A stretch of 64,000 bases of DNA, taken from assembly GCA_001798855.1 (NCBI GenBank), contig MGQQ01000025.1, forward strand, positions 1,740 to 65,739. The letters run 5' to 3'. The stretch is from Deltaproteobacteria bacterium RBG_16_49_23. Its GTDB lineage: Bacteria; Desulfobacterota; BSN033; UBA1163. Below the pieces are notes generated by a model. The model was given only the letters and a program-made list of their open reading frames with translations. It was not told the DNA's origin and ran no database searches. Below are positions 1-9,794 of this stretch, in pieces. A program made the position numbers and the translations under genes. Numbering within the stretch: the stretch's first letter is position 1; each line of letters begins with the position of its first letter.

Positions 1-3000
1 TAAACAGCCTTCCATGCGATGCTTCCATTTCCATCTGTAAGAACCTGGGGTGTTCCCAGATGATCGTTGTGGAAATAGTAAGCTACTTCTCCGGGCTTAA
101 TCATTGCTAAGAGTTGGTCTCCAAGATAGACATACTCTGCCAACATCTGTCCGCTCTGGTTTGTCTCAGCAATCAGATGGCCCCAGAGGTCGTAATGAAA
201 TATTCTCGTCTCGGTTTGGGTTACCTTCTTAATCCTCTGGCCCGCCCCATTATAGGTGTATTCGGCTATTACATTGCTCCCCTGTAATACTCTGATCAGT
301 TGGTTTGAAAGATCATAGATATATGTCCAGCCGGTTTCAGAAGTGATATTCCCATTTAAATCATATCCATAATCAATGGGCGGTGTCCCTTCGATGTAGG
401 TCAGTCTGTTTGTCCCCATCTGGTAGGTATAGGCTCCAGGGGTCTCAAGAGTCTGACCTCCGGGTGGGTTGATTGCATCCAGAATGGAAATGATATTGCC
501 ATTGGGATCATATCCGTAAGTTAAGTTGCTTATTGACCCTGTCACAATGGACGATGTCCTGTACTGATTGTCATACCCCTGACTCAAGGAGAAACCATTT
601 CCATAAGTTAGTCCTGTGATTCCTCCATAGGGTAGATAGGTAATGGCTGAGGCTAAGGTCTTGGGTTGGCCTACCAGTGTGGTGGAAACCTGGGAGATTC
701 TGCCTGTTTGATCCAAAGTGTACGTAATTACTCTTCCCGTAGGATAAGTGATGGACGTAAGGATATTATTGTTATTGTAGGTATACTGGGTTGTGTAGAG
801 GATGCTGTTTATCGTCTTATCCTCTCTGGTCAGGTTCCCTTGGCTATCATAGTAAAAGGTGTAAGATCCACTTGGGTCAGTCCTTCCTGTGAGCCTTACG
901 ATTCCATAGGTGACCGAAGTTGAATCGTAGGTGAAGGTGACGTTCTGATTGGGGTCGGAGGGAAACTGGATGGCTGTGAGCCTGTTTAAAGCATCATAGG
1001 TGTAGTTGACCACTGTTTCTTTGGCATCGAACCTCTGAATCAGGTTTCCTGCCTCATCGTAAAGGTAATCCGTGGTCCCGGTATCCGGGGAGCCGGTCTG
1101 GTTTTTCCTCCCAAAGTCATCATTGTAGTAGGAGGTGACGTTGCCATTGGGGTCTGTGACGGTTGCCTGGTTGTCCTGGGTGTCATAGCCATAAAGGGTG
1201 ACGGTGCTTAAGGGCTGGGTCATAACCTTTAAACGGCTTAAGGGATCATAGGTGTAGGTGGTTGAGTTGTTTCTGGGATCTTTTGAGGCAGTGGGGTTCT
1301 TTCTTCCGTCATAGGAGTACTCCGTGTAGGTAGTGTCAGGGTTGATGATTTTCTTGAGGTTGTTGTAGGCATCGTAGGTGAAGTCAAGATATTTCTTCAG
1401 GGTCCCCGCAGGGTCTTTGGTCTCTTCACGGGTCCGGTTTCCTTCCACATCGTATTGGTACTGGATCTTGTTCCCAAGGTTGTCTCTGATCTCTGTCAGT
1501 TTATTGGCAAGGTTGTAGAAGAAGTCGATCCGGTTTGCTTCGGGTAGGATGATGTAGGAGAGGTTTCCTCTGATGTCGTAGAAGTATTGGGTCTGAGCCC
1601 CTGTGGTTTGATTGGTGATGGTCTTGATTCGATTTCTCTCATCATAGGTTCGCTGGGTGATGACTCCATTGGGATCAGTGATGGTTCCAACGTTTCCATT
1701 CGCATCATAGTTTGAGAACTCTGTCCTTTGATTCAGGGCATTGACAATCGCCTTGAGCTGGCCCCGGTTGTTTCCCTGATCCGGGGTGTTGGCGTAGTAT
1801 TCGAGGGTGGTGATGTCTGAGACATCAGTCCTTGGGCCGTTGATTTGGGTGAGCTGACCCAGGGAATTGTACTGATACGATGTGGTATAGGTCTTTTGGG
1901 TTGGAGTGCCATTGATGAGCACATAACCTGATTCTTGGCGGGAGAGAATGTTGCCTGCTGTATCGTAAGTTATGGTTGTGGCTTTATTCTGCTGGGTATC
2001 AACCACACTCTTTATCGTTTCTGTGCTCTGGGTCAGAAGAAAGGGATCGTCAGTGCGATGGGTATAGGTGTAAGAGGTTATCCGCTGCTCAGGCCAATTT
2101 AGGGCCTCTTTCGTTTCCAGTATCTCTCCCACCTGTTCCCAGGGGTTTGCAGGGTTGTCGTAGGTGTATTGGGTCGTGTATTGGTTTGAACCGTCTATGG
2201 AGGTTACCTGGGTAAGATCGAGCCAGTTGCTGTATTGAAAGGTCTTGTTATTGCTTCCGCAAGTTGAGCAGCCCTGGATTTGCTGAACTACATCAATACC
2301 ATCGATCACAGAATTGGTGTAGGTGGTTGTGCCAGTCGATCTTGTAACGACAGTACTCCCAGGCTGATAGGTGAGGTTTATTTCTTCCTGATGGATACTA
2401 TCTTTGATGTGGCTGTAGTAGTTGATCACCCTCTGCCTGTTGTCATATCCCCAGTGGCCGATCAGGTTGTTGTTGGTGTCGTATTTGTCGGTGAGATTGT
2501 GGTTTGAATAGGCGTAGCTGATGAAGTTCGTATCAGCGTAAGTGACCTTCCAGAGGTCTCCGTTCTGGTACTGATAAGAGACAGACTGAGCTTTGGGGTC
2601 CGTGATTAAATCAATCCGATTATCGACATTATAATGGATTAACAGGGTTTTACCAAAGTTGTTTGAGACCTGGGTGAGAAGTCCTGCTGTATAGTTCAAG
2701 GTGAGTGCATTTCCGTTGGGGTCGGAGATATCGAGGAGTTTTCCATCGGAACCGAACCTGTACGTCAGATTCCCTTCTTTTCTGCGGAGGAAGTACTCTC
2801 CGGAAGATATGATCTGCCTGAGCCTGTCTTTGACCCCGGATTCCCCGTAGAAAACTATCTCACCATTCCGGCTTCTCTCCGTAAAGTAAAGTGCCCGGCC
2901 ATCCGAATCCCAGATGCGGACCCTTTTTGTCGGGGTGGTTTGGACTTCATTTAAAATCATGGCGTAGTTGTGCATCCATCCGTAGCCAAGGGGGCCATCA

Positions 3001-3890
3001 ATAATAACCTGGCTGTTGTAAGACCTTCTGAATTCCAGGGGAATGCCCGGAGTGGAAACAGAGATATCCAGAACTTCTTCATATTTGTTGCCCGTGGCTA
3101 CGTTGACTGGATTGCCAACGGAGTTAATTAGCTTTCCCTCAGAAAGATCACATGTTTGAGGACGGCCCGCGTTCTTTCCTCGTTTCTCACTGCCAGGAAG
3201 CGCATTATCAAAGGGTAGTCCGGTTTCTGGATTTATTGGGCAACAACCCGCTTCTTTTTGCGCCAGTGTCCGCCAATCTTTAATTAGATCGCATCCACCA
3301 TAATTCCAACAACATTGTGAGCAAAGAAATCCCTTTTCCCAACCCGTACTACCATAACAACTAAAACAATAACCCTGGGGAGGCCCTAGGGCCGGGAAAG
3401 GATCACATTCTCCACCACCAGGATAACCATTGCAACCATAACCCGATTCTATATTAGCACAATTCCAACCCACAGTCTCAATTAAGCCAGTTTGCCCGCT
3501 TTCTGAACAAGAAACAAATCTACAAATTACGAGTGCTGTATAAGTAGCTTTGTTGGTGACGGCTATCTGAATGTCCATTATATTCCTGCATTGGTCAGTA
3601 AGGGTGATCATTGCATTGTTGGCACAGTTATTATTGCTGGCCGGCGCGACATAGGTTGCAGTACCGTTCTGATTGGGCGTAAGCGTCCCCCCTCCTGACA
3701 GGCTCCAGTTGTACGGGGGACATCCGCCCAACGGTGACAAAACCTGAGAGGCATTAAAGCTCATTGATAGATCAGGATTATCAATCGTTAAGGGAGCCTG
3801 TCCTAATGCATCGCCACCCACCAAGAATAAGTTAACAATTGCAACAAATACACAGATGCCGCCAACACAGACTTTCCTCTTAATGCGCAT
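1..3890 (-). CDS. RHS/YD-repeat protein with N-terminal signal peptide, Cys-rich region and DUF6531-like domain (3' end beyond window edge)
   Basis: Hand translation from ATG 3890 (SD GAGGTG) gives MRIKRKVCVGGICVFVAIVNLFLVGGDALGQA..., then VGNPVNVATGNKY...LGYGWMHNY and many YD repeats. The RHS core motif YYFHNDHLGTPQVLTDGNGSIAWKAVY at the edge is in the same frame. Both ends were checked; the middle was spot-checked only. Confidence 0.93.
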   Translation of the reverse strand, partial: MRIKRKVCVGGICVFVAIVNLFLVGGDALGQAPLTIDNPDLSMSFNASQVLSPLGGCPPYNWSLSGGGTLTPNQNGTATYVAPASNNNCANNAMITLTDQCRNIMDIQIAVTNKATYTALVICRFVSCSESGQTGLIETVGWNCANIESGYGCNGYPGGGECDPFPALGPPQGYCFSCYGSTGWEKGFLCSQCCWNYGGCDLIKDWRTLAQKEAGCCPINPETGLPFDNALPGSEKRGKNAGRPQTCDLSEGKLINSVGNPVNVATGNKYEEVLDISVSTPGIPLEFRRSYNSQVIIDGPLGYGWMHNYAMILNEVQTTPTKRVRIWDSDGRALYFTERSRNGEIVFYGESGVKDRLRQIISSGEYFLRRKEGNLTYRFGSDGKLLDISDPNGNALTLNYTAGLLTQVSNNFGKTLLIHYNVDNRIDLITDPKAQSVSYQYQNGDLWKVTYADTNFISYAYSNHNLTDKYDTNNNLIGHWGYDNRQRVINYYSHIKDSIHQEEINLTYQPGSTVVTRSTGTTTYTNSVIDGIDVVQQIQGCSTCGSNNKTFQYSNWLDLTQVTSIDGSNQYTTQYTYDNPANPWEQVGEILETKEALNWPEQRITSYTYTHRTDDPFLLTQSTETIKSVVDTQQNKATTITYDTAGNILSRQESGYVLINGTPTQKTYTTSYQYNSLGQLTQINGPRTDVSDITTLEYYANTPDQGNNRGQLKAIVNALNQRTEFSNYDANGNVGTITDPNGVITQRTYDERNRIKTITNQTTGAQTQYFYDIRGNLSYIILPEANRIDFFYNLANKLTEIRDNLGNKIQYQYDVEGNRTREETKDPAGTLKKYLDFTYDAYNNLKKIINPDTTYTEYSYDGRKNPTASKDPRNNSTTYTYDPLSRLKVMTQPLSTVTLYGYDTQDNQATVTDPNGNVTSYYNDDFGRKNQTGSPDTGTTDYLYDEAGNLIQRFDAKETVVNYTYDALNRLTAIQFPSDPNQNVTFTYDSTSVTYGIVRLTGRTDPSGSYTFYYDSQGNLTREDKTINSILYTTQYTYNNNNILTSITYPTGRVITYTLDQTGRISQVSTTLVGQPKTLASAITYLPYGGITGLTYGNGFSLSQGYDNQYRTSSIVTGSISNLTYGYDPNGNIISILDAINPPGGQTLETPGAYTYQMGTNRLTYIEGTPPIDYGYDLNGNITSETGWTYIYDLSNQLIRVLQGSNVIAEYTYNGAGQRIKKVTQTETRIFHYDLWGHLIAETNQSGQMLAEYVYLGDQLLAMIKPGEVAYYFHNDHLGTPQVLTDGNGSIAWKAV

Positions 3891-3932
3891 AAGTCACCTC
3901 TCTAAGGGATTCAAGAACTCAATCAAAAAATC

Positions 3933-4060
3933 GTATCAATTTAGCTCCTTGAAAAAGGTTATCTAATCCCCCTTCATCCCCCTTTGTCAAAAGGGGGAAA
4001 TATTTTCTCTATCCTTTGGCCTTTTTAATCCCGTAGACAATGTGGCAAAGAGAGGAGAAA
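3933..4060. mobile_element. Partial MITE family A copy (one terminus)
   Basis: Begins GTATCAATTTAGC and contains ATCTAATCCCCCTTCATCCCCCTTTGTCAAAAGGGGGAAA, the reverse complement of the core in copies at 16515, 22857 and 23670. Confidence 0.8.
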
Positions 4061-4077
4061 TTTTTTCTTTCGGTTAT

Positions 4078-4119
4078 AAAAAACAAAAGCCCGGCTTCGA
4101 TTTTGAATGCCAGGCTTTT
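4078..4119 (-). terminator. Intrinsic terminator-like hairpin in the RHS 5' leader
   Basis: Minus strand reads AAAAGCCTGGC-loop-GCCGGGCTTTTGTTTTTT. Confidence 0.6.
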
Positions 4120-4241
4120 CGATTCTCTTTCCACCCTTTCCCCCGATCAGGCAGTCAGTCTTATTTATTAAAAGGGATACTTAATTTATTTAATCCCGCT
4201 CTCTCCAATCGCAAATGTAATTTAATTGATACTTGGGTGGG

Positions 4242-4270
4242 ATTACACCAAAATACAATTTTTTTGTCAA
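4242..4270 (-). promoter_or_regulatory. Putative sigma70 promoter for the RHS gene
   Basis: TTGACA-17 nt-TGTAAT on the minus strand. Confidence 0.5.
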
Positions 4271-4630
4271 GGAATTTTTGTATTTTTAAAAAATTCATTC
4301 TATGTGGGAGCAAATCCTATACCAACAGTTAAGGGCCAGGAAGCCAGAACCCTGCAGCAACTCAATTATTTGAATTCAAATAAGTTTTTCCAGTTTGCGT
4401 AGTGCCATTTGTTCAAAAGAGGGTTAGGGAGCACTGCCAACGATTGTTGGCAGGTTGCGCGGATAAACCCTCTTTTTGGCTTTTAAGTCATTGATATGTC
4501 AATCATCTTTTCAACTGTTAACAATTGATTACATTTTGAATAAATGATTACAGTTCTTTTAAAAGCAAATGCTCGTGAAGGAACCCGACCTGTACTGGGG
4601 AGACCATTTCCGGTCTCACGTTCTCCGTCG

Positions 4631-4706
4631 CCCCCTCCCCTCTCCCCCCTGCCTTCGCCGAAACGCTTCGTGCAGGCAGGCACTAAGGGAGAAGGAGATA
4701 AGGGGC
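4631..4706. repeat. CCCCTCTCCC..GGGAGAAGG palindromic repeat with nested micro-element D (4648-4680)
   Basis: CCTGCCTTCGCCGAAACGCTTCGTGCAGGCAGG sits inside the host hairpin; near-identical to 16557-16590. Confidence 0.75.
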
Positions 4707-4710
4707 ATTT

Positions 4711-4739
4711 TTGACAAGCATTGTAAATGTTGTTAGATT
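4711..4739 (+). promoter_or_regulatory. sigma70 promoter, leaderless geometry
   Basis: TTGACA(4711)-17 nt-TAGATT(4734-4739); ATG follows after 7 nt; no SD. Confidence 0.65.
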
Positions 4740-4746
4740 CTTTTTC

Positions 4747-6063
4747 ATGAAGATCGAATTCATCTCTCCTGCCGTTGAAGAAAATGCTCCTGTTCCCAAC
4801 CTCGCCCTTCTCATTCTCGCTGCTCTCTCTCCTCCGGATGCGGAGATTTCTTTTACCGACGACCTTCTTACACCGATCGATTCGGAAAAAGGGTTGAAAG
4901 AGGTTGACCTGGTTGGAATCACCGTTCTGACCAAAACAGCCCTGAGGGCTTACCGGATTGCCGACGCCTATCGAAAGAGGGGCATCCCTGTCGTGTTAGG
5001 GGGCATTCACCCTTCAGCCCTTCCCGATGAAGCCAAGGAACACGCAGATGCAGTGGTCATCGGAGAGGCGGAAGAGATCTGGCCCTGTCTCATTGAGGAT
5101 GCCAGGTCCGGAAGCCTCAAACCCTTTTATCAACAGAAGGATTTCACCGATTGCTCAAAGATTCCAAGACCCAGAAGGGACATCCTTCCAAAAAAGGGCT
5201 ATTTCCCACTCGATGTCGTTCAGGCCAGCAGGGGATGTCCCTATCGCTGCGAATTCTGCTCCGTCCGGAAATTTTTCGGCGATACATACCGACTCCGACC
5301 GATCTCCGATGTTGTCGAGGAAGTCAAAAGCCTTCCCCACCGTCTGATCATGTTCAATGACGACAACATCATCGGCAGCCCTTCTTACTCCGAAGAGCTT
5401 CTGAAGGCCGTCACTCCCCTCAAAAAAAAATGGATCGGGCAGGCATCTCTCCATGGATTGAGGGATGGGAAAAATCTTGAACTCCTATCCAGGAGCGGAT
5501 GCATCGGGCTTCTCATCGGCTTCGAATCTCTCTCGAAACCGAACCTCCTCCAGTCAAAAAAATATCAGAATGATCCGGCGGAATACCGGCAGATCCTCGA
5601 TGCCCTTCACCGTTTCGGCATCACGGTCTGGGGCTCCTTCATTTTCGGCTTTGACGAAGATGATTCCGCAACCCTTGAGGAGACGGTGAAGTTTGCCATA
5701 CAAACAAAGATCTTCTCCGTGGTCTTCGCCCTTCTGACTCCCTACCCGGAGACGGCCTTCTATCAGAGGGTCAAAAGCGAGGGGCGTCTGATTCAAGATG
5801 GATGGTGGTTGCTGGAGAGGCCGGAGGATTCCGCCCCCCATTACCTTCCGAGGAAGATGAGCGGGAGTGAGCTCAGGGAAGGCTGGAAGAATGCGTGGAG
5901 GGAGTTTTATTCCTTCCCCTCCATTCTGAAAAGATTTCAGTGGAATTATCCATCCACCCTGATCAATCGCCTCGTCTACTTTCCTTTTCAGTTGATGCAG
6001 CGCCGGTTCGCGCAAATGAAGGTCATTGAGGGCAGGAGGAGATACCGGACCCGCTCATTCTGA
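4747..6063 (+). CDS. B12-binding domain radical SAM protein
   Basis: N-terminal cobalamin-binding-like region (VVLGGIHPS) and SRGCPYRCEFC CxxxCxxC motif. Start moved to ATG 4747 because TTG 4711 is the -35 box. Confidence 0.9.
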   Translation: MKIEFISPAVEENAPVPNLALLILAALSPPDAEISFTDDLLTPIDSEKGLKEVDLVGITVLTKTALRAYRIADAYRKRGIPVVLGGIHPSALPDEAKEHADAVVIGEAEEIWPCLIEDARSGSLKPFYQQKDFTDCSKIPRPRRDILPKKGYFPLDVVQASRGCPYRCEFCSVRKFFGDTYRLRPISDVVEEVKSLPHRLIMFNDDNIIGSPSYSEELLKAVTPLKKKWIGQASLHGLRDGKNLELLSRSGCIGLLIGFESLSKPNLLQSKKYQNDPAEYRQILDALHRFGITVWGSFIFGFDEDDSATLEETVKFAIQTKIFSVVFALLTPYPETAFYQRVKSEGRLIQDGWWLLERPEDSAPHYLPRKMSGSELREGWKNAWREFYSFPSILKRFQWNYPSTLINRLVYFPFQLMQRRFAQMKVIEGRRRYRTRSF

Positions 6064-8319
6064 GGCCCGGTATCCGCATTCTTTTCGATGACAACGCTTT
6101 ACGATTCCCCCCTTCCCCGGCTTCTCAACCAGGAACGGAGCATCGCATTGCGGGCACTTCTCAGGAATGGGCTTGTCCCAGAGGGCAAAGGTGCATTTGG
6201 GATAGTTGGCGCAGCTATAGAAGGTTCTCCCCTTACGGGTCCTTCGCTCAACCAGCATTCCGTCACATCCCTCCTGGGAACAACGCACACCGGTATTGAG
6301 TGATTGGGTAAACTTGCATGCGGGATAGTTGGAGCAGGCCAGAAACCTCCCGAATTTGCCGTTCTTGATCACCATCGGGCTTCCACATTTTTCACACCGC
6401 GCATCGGTTTCCACCTTTTGAGGTTCGCCATTCTCCTCTACCTCTCGAGTATAGCGGCATTCGGGATAGCTCGAACAGGCCAGAAAATAACCTCTCTTCC
6501 CCCATCGCTTCACCATCTTCGATCCGCACTGCTCGCAGATGGCCTCTGTCGGAATCTGTTCCCTCTTCACATCCCGCATGGAGACCTTCGCCATCTCCAG
6601 ATCCTTCTGGAAAGGGATATAAAATTCTTTAAGTGTTTCCACCCACCCCTTTTCACCCTCCTCGATCTTATCCAGGTTCTCTTCCATCAGGGCCGTGAAC
6701 TCAATGTTGAGAATATCAGGGAAATTGACCACCAGAAGATCGTTCACCAAATAACCCAGCTCCGTGGGGAAAAATTTTCCTTTTTCGAGCCCCGCATATC
6801 CTTTTCCTTTAATGGTGCTCAAAATCGTGGCATAGGTGGAAGGCCTTCCTATCCCTTTCTCCTCCAATTCCTTAATCAGGGTAGCCTCAGAGAATCGGAA
6901 GGGAGGCTGGGTAAAGTGCTGCCTTGGGGTGAGCCCTAAAAACGCCAGGATTTCGCTTTCTGACAGAGCGGGTAATTGCTTTTCCTGATCTTCATGGGCA
7001 TCCTTTTTTTCCGGAGACCGATCCTGTTTAGTCTGCCGGTGATTATCCTCTCCCTCAACATAAAGAGCCATAAATCCATGAAAAACAGGGACGCTTCCCG
7101 ATGCGGTGAAAATTCCTTCGCTTGCCTTGATCTCGACCGTCGTCTGTAGAAAAACCGCTGGCGCCATCTGGGAGGCGACGAATCGGTCCCAGATCAGCTT
7201 ATAAAGCGCCCATTGATCCTTGTCGAGTATGGACTTCATCCTTTCGGGATCCAGATCGATCGATGTGGGCCGGATGGCCTCGTGGGCTTCCTGGGCGCCC
7301 TTCCGGCTCTTATAGATATTCGGTTTGGGAGGAAGGTAGGATTCTCCAAAGCGACCCTGGATCCACCCCCTGACCTGATGGACCGCTTCCGCAGAAACAC
7401 GGGGAGAGTCGGTCCGCATATAAGTGATCAGACCCACTGCTCCTGTCTCATCCAGTTCCACTCCTTCATATAGTTTTTGCGCAATCCTCATGGTTTTATA
7501 AGGAGCGAAGGAGAGTTTCCGGGAGGCCTCCTGCTGAAGACGGCTGGTGATGAAGGGAGGAAGGGGATGTCGCTTTTTCTCCTGTTGAACAATTTTTGAA
7601 ACGGTGTAGGGAACTGATTCGAGCCGTTTCTTCATGGCCACGGCTTCGGACTCATTGGCCAGGTCCACCTTCTTCCCCTTCCACTTGACCAGTTTGGCCT
7701 CGAACGGGACCGGGGAATCCTTTCCCCTGAGCGTGGCGGTCAGGCTCCAGTATTCTTCAGAGATGAAAGCCTCGATCTCTCTTTCCCTCTCGCAGATGAT
7801 TCGGACGGAGACCGATTGCACCCGCCCGGCGCTCAATCCCCGTCGCACCTTCTCCCAGAGGATGGGGCTGACCTGATATCCGACCAGACGGTCTAGAATC
7901 CTCCGGGCCTGCTGGGCCTCATATTTCGATTGCTGAAGTTGTCCGGGGTGTTTGAGGGCTTCCAGGACGGCGTTTTTCGTGATCTCATTGAAGAGAACCC
8001 TGTAAATATTCTTACCCTTATCGTCGATCTCCTCCGCGATATGCCACGCAATGGCCTCCCCTTCCCTGTCCGGGTCTGGGCCGAGATAGATATTCTTCAC
8101 CTCTTTGCTGGCCTTCTTGATCTCCCGGAGAACCTTTCCTTTGCCGGATAGGGTGACATACTGGGGTTGAAAATCTTTTTCGAGATCGACCCCTAGTTCA
8201 CCCTCAGGAAGGTCTTTGACATGGCCCACCGAAGCTTTAATGATATAGTCATCTCCCAAAAACTTCTGGAGAGTTTTTACCTTGGTTGGAGACTCAACAA
8301 CAATCATTCCTTTTGTCAT
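6055..8319 (-). CDS. topA: DNA topoisomerase I
   Basis: IVVESPTK TOPRIM, DPDREGE, SAGRVQS, LITYMRTDS, C-terminal Zn ribbons. Confidence 0.98.
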   Translation of the reverse strand: MTKGMIVVESPTKVKTLQKFLGDDYIIKASVGHVKDLPEGELGVDLEKDFQPQYVTLSGKGKVLREIKKASKEVKNIYLGPDPDREGEAIAWHIAEEIDDKGKNIYRVLFNEITKNAVLEALKHPGQLQQSKYEAQQARRILDRLVGYQVSPILWEKVRRGLSAGRVQSVSVRIICEREREIEAFISEEYWSLTATLRGKDSPVPFEAKLVKWKGKKVDLANESEAVAMKKRLESVPYTVSKIVQQEKKRHPLPPFITSRLQQEASRKLSFAPYKTMRIAQKLYEGVELDETGAVGLITYMRTDSPRVSAEAVHQVRGWIQGRFGESYLPPKPNIYKSRKGAQEAHEAIRPTSIDLDPERMKSILDKDQWALYKLIWDRFVASQMAPAVFLQTTVEIKASEGIFTASGSVPVFHGFMALYVEGEDNHRQTKQDRSPEKKDAHEDQEKQLPALSESEILAFLGLTPRQHFTQPPFRFSEATLIKELEEKGIGRPSTYATILSTIKGKGYAGLEKGKFFPTELGYLVNDLLVVNFPDILNIEFTALMEENLDKIEEGEKGWVETLKEFYIPFQKDLEMAKVSMRDVKREQIPTEAICEQCGSKMVKRWGKRGYFLACSSYPECRYTREVEENGEPQKVETDARCEKCGSPMVIKNGKFGRFLACSNYPACKFTQSLNTGVRCSQEGCDGMLVERRTRKGRTFYSCANYPKCTFALWDKPIPEKCPQCDAPFLVEKPGKGGIVKRCHRKECGYRASE

Positions 8320-8371
8320 CTGTTCTATGATCCTCTCTTCTGGATTCTGTATTCTGACTTCATCATTCTTA

Positions 8372-8488
8372 TTAATAATCTCAAAATTGAGCTGACATCT
8401 CTGTCAAATCTCCCCTCGCCTCCCTTTAGCAAAGGGAGGTTAGGAGGGATTTTAAAAAAGGATGTGGTTACAATGATGAGACTCTTCT
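8372..8488. mobile_element. Degenerate MITE family B copy
   Basis: TTA|TTAATAATCTCAAAATTGAGCTGACAT...CAATGATGAGACTCTTCT|TAA with a CCTCCCTTTAGCAAAGGGAGG core; resembles 21166 and 48459. Confidence 0.65.
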
Positions 8489-8511
8489 TAACTCATCAAA
8501 CTTCATTTTTC

Positions 8512-8574
8512 ACCCCGTTAGAAATAATGGACCGCTTCTTTTCGAGTCGCAACGACTGGAATTTCTAACGGGGT
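8512..8574. mobile_element. MITE family C (ACCCCGTTAGAAAT termini)
   Basis: Perfect 14-bp inverted termini ACCCCGTTAGAAAT/ATTTCTAACGGGGT abutting the dprA stop; related copy at 33763-33914. Confidence 0.75.
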
Positions 8575-9675
8575 TCACATCTTCTTGCTGAAGCACTTCC
8601 CGGGCCATTGAGAAATCAATTCTTTCAGCTCCAGAGTTAAGAGAAGACTCGACACTTTTCCGGGTTCGAACCCGCTCTCCCGGATCATCACATCGATATG
8701 GAGGGGATTCTCCCCTAACATCTCATAGAGAGCCCTTTCTTCTTCGGTCAGTTCCGGTCCGCGTGGCTTGACCTCCTCAACTCTCTCCTTCCCTCTTTTC
8801 CACTGGGGGAGTATCTCCTCAAGGATATCCTCGCTCGACTCGACCATCTTTGCTCCATCTTTGATCAACCGGTTCGTCCCGCGGCTTCCCTCTACCCCCA
8901 CATTTCCTGGAATGGCGAAGACATCCCTGCCCTGCTCCAGAGCAAAGTTTGCTGTGATCAAGGACCCGCTATCTGCGCTGGCCTGGACCACAACCACGCC
9001 GATGGAGAGTCCGCTGATGATCCGGTTCCGCTTTGGGAAATGGCCACCCTCCGGAGGAGAGCCCATTGGGAATTCCGAAAGAACAGCGCCCTGTTCAAGG
9101 ATCTTAGCAAAAAGGTTGCGATTCTCAGGAGGATAGACCACATCCACTCCGCAACCCAGAACGGCAATCGTTCTCCCTCCTCCTGAGATGGCCCCCCAGT
9201 GGGCCACCGAATCAACGCCCCTTGCCATGCCGCTCACAACCGTCACGCCGTGGCGGGCGAGATCCTGACTGATCTTCTCCGTGATCCACCTTCCATAAGG
9301 AGTGGTCTTTCTGCTTCCTACAATCGAGACGGCTAATTCATCCTCCTTTTTTAAGTCTCCCTTCAGGTAGAGCAGGGAAGGAGGATCATAGATATCCCGA
9401 AGACGGGGAGGATAAACCGGATCCTTCAAGGTGATCATCCTCACCCCCGATTTTTCCAGTAAAGAGATCTCCTTCTTGACCGCCTGTTCAGACGGCCCCT
9501 TCTTAATTTCGCTGGCCACCTTCAACCCCAGGCCCTCAACCTCCAGCAATTCCTTCATGGAGGCTTGAAAAACGGCTTCGGGGGTTTCAAAACGATCGAG
9601 GAGTCTTTTGATAAAAACGCTGCCGACTCCCGGAACGAAATTTAAGGCCAGCCAGTAAAAAAGATCTCCGGCCAT
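8575..9675 (-). CDS. dprA: DNA-processing protein DprA
   Basis: SIVGSRK, VSGMARGVD, FPKRNRIISGLS, SGSLITA motifs; upstream of topA. Confidence 0.97.
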   Translation of the reverse strand: MAGDLFYWLALNFVPGVGSVFIKRLLDRFETPEAVFQASMKELLEVEGLGLKVASEIKKGPSEQAVKKEISLLEKSGVRMITLKDPVYPPRLRDIYDPPSLLYLKGDLKKEDELAVSIVGSRKTTPYGRWITEKISQDLARHGVTVVSGMARGVDSVAHWGAISGGGRTIAVLGCGVDVVYPPENRNLFAKILEQGAVLSEFPMGSPPEGGHFPKRNRIISGLSIGVVVVQASADSGSLITANFALEQGRDVFAIPGNVGVEGSRGTNRLIKDGAKMVESSEDILEEILPQWKRGKERVEEVKPRGPELTEEERALYEMLGENPLHIDVMIRESGFEPGKVSSLLLTLELKELISQWPGKCFSKKM

Positions 9676-9725
9676 AATGAAACCTGTGGAAAATGGCTTC
9701 GCTTTCTAAGAGGGAATATGATGAC

Positions 9726-9766
9726 AAAAAAAAGCCTTGGAGATGATCAAGCACCCCCAAAGCTTT
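9726..9766 (-). terminator. Intrinsic terminator after the LysM gene
   Basis: Minus strand AAAGCTTTGG..CCAAGGCTTT followed by a T-run. Confidence 0.65.
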
Positions 9767-9794
9767 AGACAACAATGGAAGTTCTGCTTGCCGC

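Noticed and set aside
666-2507. Short ORFs listed in the first 2.5 kb
   Set aside because: Alternative frames of the long RHS gene that the track missed.
4330-4410. c-di-GMP-I riboswitch candidate (ACGCAAA on the minus strand)
   Set aside because: Lacks the GGCAAAC..GAAA P1/tetraloop and P2 architecture.
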